Below, one piece after another: positions 58,222 through 64,000 of a stretch of DNA of 64,000 nucleotides (the stretch's first letter is position 1; every line of letters begins with the position of its first letter). Made by a program: the position numbers and the translations under genes. Under the pieces are notes generated by a model, which was not told the origin of the DNA, ran no database searches, and saw nothing but the letters and a program-made list of their open reading frames with translations. The DNA is from Candidatus Poribacteria bacterium (GTDB taxonomy: Bacteria; Poribacteria; WGA-4E; PCPOR2b): positions 1,728,001 through 1,792,000 of the forward strand of contig OZ242326.1 in the NCBI GenBank assembly GCA_965208325.1. Direction: 5' to 3'.

Positions 58222-59574
58222 ATGAAGCAAGTTACCGCACTGAAAATCCTAATCATCGACGACGAACCCAGCATCTGCGAATCGTTGCAAGGCGCCTTGC
58301 ACGACGAAGGATATTCTGCAGAGACCGCGCTTAGCGGCGAGGAAGGGCTTCGCCGCGTGGCGACGAAACAAATTGACCTGGTGTTTTTGGATATTCTGAT
58401 GCCGGGTGGAATTGACGGCATCGAGACGCTGCGGCGGATAAAACAACTTTCCCCTGACACTGAAGTCATCATGATTACCGGGCACGGCTCATTCGATCTT
58501 GCATTGGAAGCCGGGAAGCTGGGCGGGTTGGATTTTCTCGGAAAACCCCTCTCGTTGGACACGGTTCTGCAGAAGGTTGAACGGGAGATTCAGAAGTTCG
58601 AGATTAGGCGGTCGCACGCTAGCGAAGGCGCCAATCTTCAAATGATTGGGGACAGCCGCGCCATGCAGGGGATTATGGCGAAGATTCGACAGATTGCCCC
58701 AACTAGCGGAAGGGTGCTTATCACGGGAGAGAGCGGTACCGGCAAGGAACTCATTGCGGATTCCATCCACGAACTCAGCGCCCGAAATCAAGCCCCTTTG
58801 GTTAAGGTGAACTGCGCCGCGCTGCCCGATGAACTGATAGAGTCCGAACTTTTTGGGCATGAGCGCGGGGCGTTTACGGGCGCCGCAAATCAACGCGTTG
58901 GCAAATTTGAACAAGCCGACGGAGGTACTATCTTCCTCGACGAGATTGGAGATACAAGTGCATCAACTCAGGCAAAAGTGCTCCGAGTGATTGAGTATCA
59001 AGAATTCGAGCGAGTCGGCGGCGAAAAGACAATTCACGTTGACGTCCGCATCATCTCAGCCACCAACCAAGACCTAAAAGCCTCAATCGGTGAGCACACC
59101 TTTCGAGAAGACCTGTATTACCGATTGAATGTTGTGCCCATCCATGTCCCGCCGTTACGGGAACGAAGAGACGATGTCCCCTTGCTAGTCAATTTCTTCT
59201 TAAACCGGTTTTGCCAGGAAAACCGTAAACCTGAGATGGCATGCACAGAACCCGCCCTGACCATTCTCCGCGGCTATGATTGGCCCGGCAATGTGCGGCA
59301 ACTCCGCAACCTCATTGAACGACTCGTCATCTTATGTCCGCAACAACACATTGACGTTGAAGATATCCCCGAGGATTTATTTTACACGGATGCTGACGGT
59401 ATCAATACCCAATCCCCGCTAAGAGACGCCCGGCATGAATTTGAAGGGCGCTTTATCCTCAATTGCCTGCAGGCAAACGACTGGAACATCACCGAGACAT
59501 CGAAACAACTCGGTATCGAACGTACCAATCTGCATCGCAAAATGCGCCATTTCAAACTTAAACGCGATGCGTGA
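58222..59574 (+). CDS. Sigma54-dependent response regulator (NtrC/NtrX family)
   Basis: Receiver IDDE..LDILMP, GESGTGKE, GAFTGA, FREDLYYRL, Fis-type HTH. Confidence 0.95.
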   Translation: MKQVTALKILIIDDEPSICESLQGALHDEGYSAETALSGEEGLRRVATKQIDLVFLDILMPGGIDGIETLRRIKQLSPDTEVIMITGHGSFDLALEAGKLGGLDFLGKPLSLDTVLQKVEREIQKFEIRRSHASEGANLQMIGDSRAMQGIMAKIRQIAPTSGRVLITGESGTGKELIADSIHELSARNQAPLVKVNCAALPDELIESELFGHERGAFTGAANQRVGKFEQADGGTIFLDEIGDTSASTQAKVLRVIEYQEFERVGGEKTIHVDVRIISATNQDLKASIGEHTFREDLYYRLNVVPIHVPPLRERRDDVPLLVNFFLNRFCQENRKPEMACTEPALTILRGYDWPGNVRQLRNLIERLVILCPQQHIDVEDIPEDLFYTDADGINTQSPLRDARHEFEGRFILNCLQANDWNITETSKQLGIERTNLHRKMRHFKLKRDA

Positions 59575-59664
59575 ATCTGACGTCCCCCACCCTCTCAGCT
59601 TCAACCTCCGTCAACACACCCAGTGGGCGCGACCACCGAATCGCGACGCTTAATCGCAAGTTCC

Positions 59665-60267
59665 TGTAGGTTGGGTTAAGCGGGTAACTGCTAATGCGTG
59701 CCATGCGAAAATCACGTTCCAGATTTGCGGCAACGTGCATCGCGGGGCATCCGCAGCGAACCCAACGCTTTTCATAAGTCCGAACCGGTTCCGATAAATC
59801 AAATACTTTCCGACTAACCAAAAACATTGGGGGTACGTAAAGGAAAAGCGATGGAAAATGGCCGTTTTCCGGGTGAGCCGATGTTGGTGGTTACCTTTTT
59901 AAAATTGCGCCGAACACGCTTGTGGCGCGGGTTCATTGGAATCGTGGGGTAACCAAAAGGTAACCAAGAAAAAAAGATCTATAAGTCTTTTGAGCGGATT
60001 AATATGCTAATATATTAGCATTAACAATGAGAGAGATTGTAGATTTTCACAGCATTTGCCGTTGAATCGGACAGAATATCAACGCCATCGCGACGCGAAC
60101 CCAACGCTTTTCATATTTCCGAACCGGGTCCGATAACCCAAATACTTTCCGATTAACCAAAAACGTTGGGTTACGCTACACCAACCATAAATCCTAACCC
60201 GTTCAAAACATCTAACGCACCCAGCGTGCCCACCTCTGTTCACCACAACCGCTTAACCCAACCTACA
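59665..60267. mobile_element. Non-autonomous REPIN/MITE-like composite element
   Basis: Perfect 19-bp terminal inverted repeats TGTAGGTTGGGTTAAGCGG (59665-59683) and 60249-60267; internal ~81-bp direct repeat at 59756-59837 and 60095-60175. Confidence 0.7.
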
Positions 60268-60368
60268 AAGGCTTCAACATCGAATAATGATGCCTACCCC
60301 TTCATCTTAGCCCATCATTTAATCACACGAATCACAGTTCAGACAACACGAACAATTTCTATCGAACC

Positions 60369-63164
60369 TCACGGCCTCGCAGCCGGAATTGCGTACGGCT
60401 CGTGACCGTAGACGACTTTGCCCTTAAACCGGAGCGGATGGTTTTCGGAACCGTCATGCGAGACCATCCAAAGCTGGCCGTTATTTTCGTACATGATCGT
60501 TGAACCGTTAGGCAGCCAAATCGGCTTTTGCCCGCCGTACCGCGTCAATTGCCTTTCCGCCGGTTGCCCCTCTGAATTGAATTCAGTAATCCAGATTTGG
60601 CGAAACCGCCCGTCGGCGCGGGAAAACGCCAAAACGTTTGGATGGGATGGCGACCATGCCGGTTCCGCGTCATCATCAGGGCTGACGGATACCGGTTCAA
60701 GCCGCTGCGTTACCGTATCGTAGACATAGATATTCCGATCGTTTCCCGCTTCCGGATTTTCAATGCTACCTTTCGTGCTGTACGCGAGAAGCTCACCGCT
60801 GTTGTGCCAAGTCGGAGTAAACATCTCCCTCGCTGTTGACGGAAGAAGTATCTCCTCCCGGCTTGGAACATGCCGAATGTAGATGCGGCTGCGATTAACA
60901 CTGCGCCTCGCGAACGCGATGTAATTTCCGTCCGGTGAGATTGCGGTGTCTGATGCTAATTCACGCTTGCCGAGCAGCAATATTTCTTCCTCGCCGCTAG
61001 AATCGCGCGCCATGACGTTCCCTTCAAGATCGATATAGGTGAGCGTATCTTCCAGTGAAGCCGTTGGACGCCTACCCGCACCGAACGGCTGCAACACGTT
61101 GTTTGGCGCGTACCCCCAAATAATGTCATCGTAACTATAGTAGATTATGGCGTCCAGCAGCCCTAGTTCCGGGTGGCGCTCTTGGTTGGCGTGAGAAGCG
61201 TTAGATGCCGTGTCCGTACTCCCATCCGCCGATTTTTCCGATGGAATTGCGAAATCGTTTTGAGTTTGGGGCGGGGCCAATTTTGGCTCAAAATTCTGAT
61301 GATCCTGCAACCTCCAGCCGCCGCCAATCGCTTCAAAGATAAAACCGACGCCTTGATTCCAATACCACCACTGTTCAATCTCGCGCCCAAAGCGTGTGAA
61401 GTTTAACACGTCTTCCGGCTCACCGTATTGGAACTTAATTTCCGATCGGTGTCCATCCTCGATTTCAGCCATGTTTCCGTCTTCGTCAATGTACATGGCG
61501 AAGATTTCGATGTCAATATAGGGCGTCGTGTATCCCTTAAACACGGAAACCAATTGCGGCGTCCCCCGCACAGGAAAGCGTGTGCCGTAGATGCCAACGC
61601 CGTCTTGCAAGCCCGCTTTGCGATCGCCGTCAACATCTACCATCGCCATCACATAGTACCCGCCGGGCGGCACCGTCACCTCGTAGCGCCCATTCCCCTC
61701 TAGATTCAATGTGATGGGCATCGGCGATTCAAAATCGGGCGTTTTTGAAAGTGACAGAATGCCTTCTCTGAATGCTTTTCCTTCCCAAATTACGCGTCCT
61801 GTTATTCCGCCTTCGGTGTTCTGGCTCAAGTCGTTCACATCCGCTGTCCGAACCGCTTCGAGCTGGCCATCCGCACTGTAGTGGGCAGTCACGTGGAGTT
61901 TGATGTCAAAACTCTCCGCCGGATTCAAAACCAGCGTGGATGGCGGCATACTCGTCATATCGTTGCTGCCGTACGCACCGATGCCATCGCCTTGACTGTA
62001 ACTGCCGTCACCATCCGCATCAACATTAACAATAAGATAGTAGCCGCCCGGCGGGAGTTGCAGGCTGAACTTCCCTTCTTCATCTGCCTGAACCTTTTTC
62101 ACAATTTTCACCAGCGCCGGGTCCTGGTATACATAGATTGCACTCCCTTTGAGCGATTTTTCAGCCCACACGACTTCGCCCAACACACTCGCCGGTGCAC
62201 GTTCGGTTGCGCGCTGCGTTGGAGGCGTGTCCTTACCGAATTCCGCCAGCGGGACAATTTTCCCGCTCTCGGTCTGCTTCCCTGTCACCTCGATTTGAAT
62301 ATCGTCCGTAAATCTGTTTGCGTCCACCAAAATCGGCTGTGGGAATGCTCCTTGACTACGCAGATCGTCAATGCCGTAGATGCCTAATTCATCACCGTGA
62401 TCAAAAAGATTGGTACGATTTGCATCAATGGTTGCCATTAAGTAATACTTACCGGGCGTTAATTTAAGCGTAAAGTTCCCGTCGCGTGCAATCTGTGCGC
62501 TCCCAGCGCGAAATTTCCACGAGAGATCGGTATATGCCAAAATGAGCGCGTCTTCGAACGATTGGTTCCCCGTTCGATGTAGTTGCCCTTTGATGCCGGA
62601 GGTAATCTTTGTTACATCCCTCTTAAATTCTTCAAATGGATTTTCGCGATAGTCATACGCTGCAACTATCTTCCCTTTTCCATCAACATTCTGCATTCTC
62701 GCTGTAATCTCGATTGCAAGCCCGCTGACCGTTTTGTGCGCACCGATGTTCACCAACTGCTTGCGCTGATTTGGGTGATTCCAATCTGTAATGCCGTAAA
62801 TGCCCATACCGTCGCCAATATCGAATTTTCCCGAGCGATCCAAATCCACGAAAGCAACGAGATAGTAGCCCCCCGGTTCGACGCGAATTTCAAACTCACC
62901 GCCCCTCAACCCCGTAACACCCGTATATAACGACTTCAGGTCTTCATCGCTATAGACTTGCACGGTAGCCTGCGACAAATCTTCGCCCGACCAGACAATC
63001 TCGCCTTTGAGTGTAGCTGTCGCGCGTCTGCCAAATTCCTCCGCCAAAGCCTTTTCCGCTTCCGTTTGCGGTTTGTGTTGCGCCCATAGGGCGCAGTTGC
63101 CAAGCATGAAAATAGCTATGGGTGTTATTATGAGGAAAATGCGTCTGCGTTGAATCGGTGTCAT
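60369..63164 (-). CDS. Large secreted protein: four Ig-like repeats with DxDxxG motifs and a C-terminal TolB/PD40-like propeller
   Basis: Four PG.YY...(V/I)D.(D/N)...GIYG/GAYG units; ISPDGNYIAF, PAWSP, PIWLPNG. Confidence 0.8.
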   Translation of the reverse strand: MTPIQRRRIFLIITPIAIFMLGNCALWAQHKPQTEAEKALAEEFGRRATATLKGEIVWSGEDLSQATVQVYSDEDLKSLYTGVTGLRGGEFEIRVEPGGYYLVAFVDLDRSGKFDIGDGMGIYGITDWNHPNQRKQLVNIGAHKTVSGLAIEITARMQNVDGKGKIVAAYDYRENPFEEFKRDVTKITSGIKGQLHRTGNQSFEDALILAYTDLSWKFRAGSAQIARDGNFTLKLTPGKYYLMATIDANRTNLFDHGDELGIYGIDDLRSQGAFPQPILVDANRFTDDIQIEVTGKQTESGKIVPLAEFGKDTPPTQRATERAPASVLGEVVWAEKSLKGSAIYVYQDPALVKIVKKVQADEEGKFSLQLPPGGYYLIVNVDADGDGSYSQGDGIGAYGSNDMTSMPPSTLVLNPAESFDIKLHVTAHYSADGQLEAVRTADVNDLSQNTEGGITGRVIWEGKAFREGILSLSKTPDFESPMPITLNLEGNGRYEVTVPPGGYYVMAMVDVDGDRKAGLQDGVGIYGTRFPVRGTPQLVSVFKGYTTPYIDIEIFAMYIDEDGNMAEIEDGHRSEIKFQYGEPEDVLNFTRFGREIEQWWYWNQGVGFIFEAIGGGWRLQDHQNFEPKLAPPQTQNDFAIPSEKSADGSTDTASNASHANQERHPELGLLDAIIYYSYDDIIWGYAPNNVLQPFGAGRRPTASLEDTLTYIDLEGNVMARDSSGEEEILLLGKRELASDTAISPDGNYIAFARRSVNRSRIYIRHVPSREEILLPSTAREMFTPTWHNSGELLAYSTKGSIENPEAGNDRNIYVYDTVTQRLEPVSVSPDDDAEPAWSPSHPNVLAFSRADGRFRQIWITEFNSEGQPAERQLTRYGGQKPIWLPNGSTIMYENNGQLWMVSHDGSENHPLRFKGKVVYGHEPYAIPAARP

Positions 63165-63240
63165 CCGATGTTCGTGCTCTTTCGTTACGGTTACTCGTTA
63201 AAAACCACCCGATTACCCGAAGACATCTACCGGTGCATGA

Positions 63241-64000
63241 CTATTGGTAGCCGGTCAGTTCAGTATACCCCCAACCGCTTACCGGTGCGCCGTTAAACTC
63301 TCCCTCGACTCGCACTGCGCCTTCCCAGTAGGTGAACTCAGTGTGTAACTCTTGGTTGGAAATAAGCGGCTCAATGCTAAACTGGCAATTCAATTTAGGA
63401 AGTGCAACTCGCCAGCCAGAAGGATACCTAATGCCGGTTTCAGGGCTCTTCCAGTTGCGGGTAACGGTCAGTGTAAAATCCCCGGGGCGAATGGCAACCT
63501 GCCTGCCGTCGGGGTAAGCCAATGTGCCTTCAAACGTTTGTGCATCACGCGTCTGATCTGTTCTACGAAAGCAATACAGCATCAGGGCGGCGCCGTTGTC
63601 CAACTGTATGCTGAACCAATCCCAGCCCACCACGTCCTCGGCGAGGGCGCTCGTTCCAAACTCATGGTCCATCCAACTGACACCGTTGACCGCCTCTTTT
63701 TTACCGTCAACGGTGACAAAGCCTGTCGTGTTCAAACCCACAAGGCTGTAATAGTAATTTGCATTGCCCGGTTCGGGTGCCTTTTGGCTTAAACCGCGAT
63801 CGCCGTGCAGCACCGCGGGGCGAGTCTCTCGCAGTGTTAGATGAATCGCCGCACCGGGATCGGTCTGATCGTCGATCGCTGATAAGCGTACCACACCCGA
63901 ATCAATTTCTCGCGCTGACCAGTCCTCAAGCCAAACGGAATATGCCGGTTCACCGCTCGCACCCGCGAGTCCGGTTGCACCCCGGCTAAAGCGTTCGCAA
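63241..64000 (-). CDS. Lipocalin-like / carotenoid 1,2-hydratase (AttH/CrtC) family protein, 5'-truncated by the window edge
   Basis: NYYYS, SWMDHEFG, GWDWFSIQL, YPSGW, YWEG, GYTELTGY; frame open to 64000. Confidence 0.88.
   Translation of the reverse strand, partial: CERFSRGATGLAGASGEPAYSVWLEDWSAREIDSGVVRLSAIDDQTDPGAAIHLTLRETRPAVLHGDRGLSQKAPEPGNANYYYSLVGLNTTGFVTVDGKKEAVNGVSWMDHEFGTSALAEDVVGWDWFSIQLDNGAALMLYCFRRTDQTRDAQTFEGTLAYPDGRQVAIRPGDFTLTVTRNWKSPETGIRYPSGWRVALPKLNCQFSIEPLISNQELHTEFTYWEGAVRVEGEFNGAPVSGWGYTELTGYQ

Noticed and set aside
59756..60175. CRISPR array
   Set aside because: Only two ~81-bp imperfect copies about 260 bp apart, and no cas genes

Overview
Bacterial chromosomal window (about 50% GC by eye) with roughly 57 intact CDS. 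I found no rRNA, tRNA, CRISPR array or intact transposase/integrase. Three PhyH-family dioxygenases, an ankyrin protein, an FG-GAP protein ending in an NYPNPFNPETWIPY-type domain, a VEPxxK...W/LG.IK tail motif and GTAG-type REPs suggest Candidatus Poribacteria or a relative (inference, not tested). Housekeeping genes: argH-pyrF-pyrE-lepA-lepB, maf, rimK-like, rsmA, an amidase and a sigma54 response regulator. A ~15-kb minus-strand run couples rex and tetrapyrrole genes (hemB, hemL, a duplicated sirC-like gene, hemA, hemC, cobA-hemD) to cytochrome c maturation genes. Most notable: (1) an ATP sulfurylase with plant/animal-type motifs rather than bacterial Sat motifs; (2) a PhyH-fold Fe/2OG enzyme with HxG in place of HxD, the radical-halogenase signature; (3) a candidate T9SS-like surface-display module, in which a PorV-like barrel fused to FlgD-Ig, OmpA and SPOR domains converges on a 14-repeat FG-GAP cargo, plus a temptin-like CxxCH protein sharing the tail motif; (4) several scars missed by the ORF track, namely a lepB paralog tail, DUF805 and DUF433/DUF5615 remnants, an orphan sorting-domain fragment and a composite REPIN-like element. 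All family calls come from motif recognition by eye; no searches were run.
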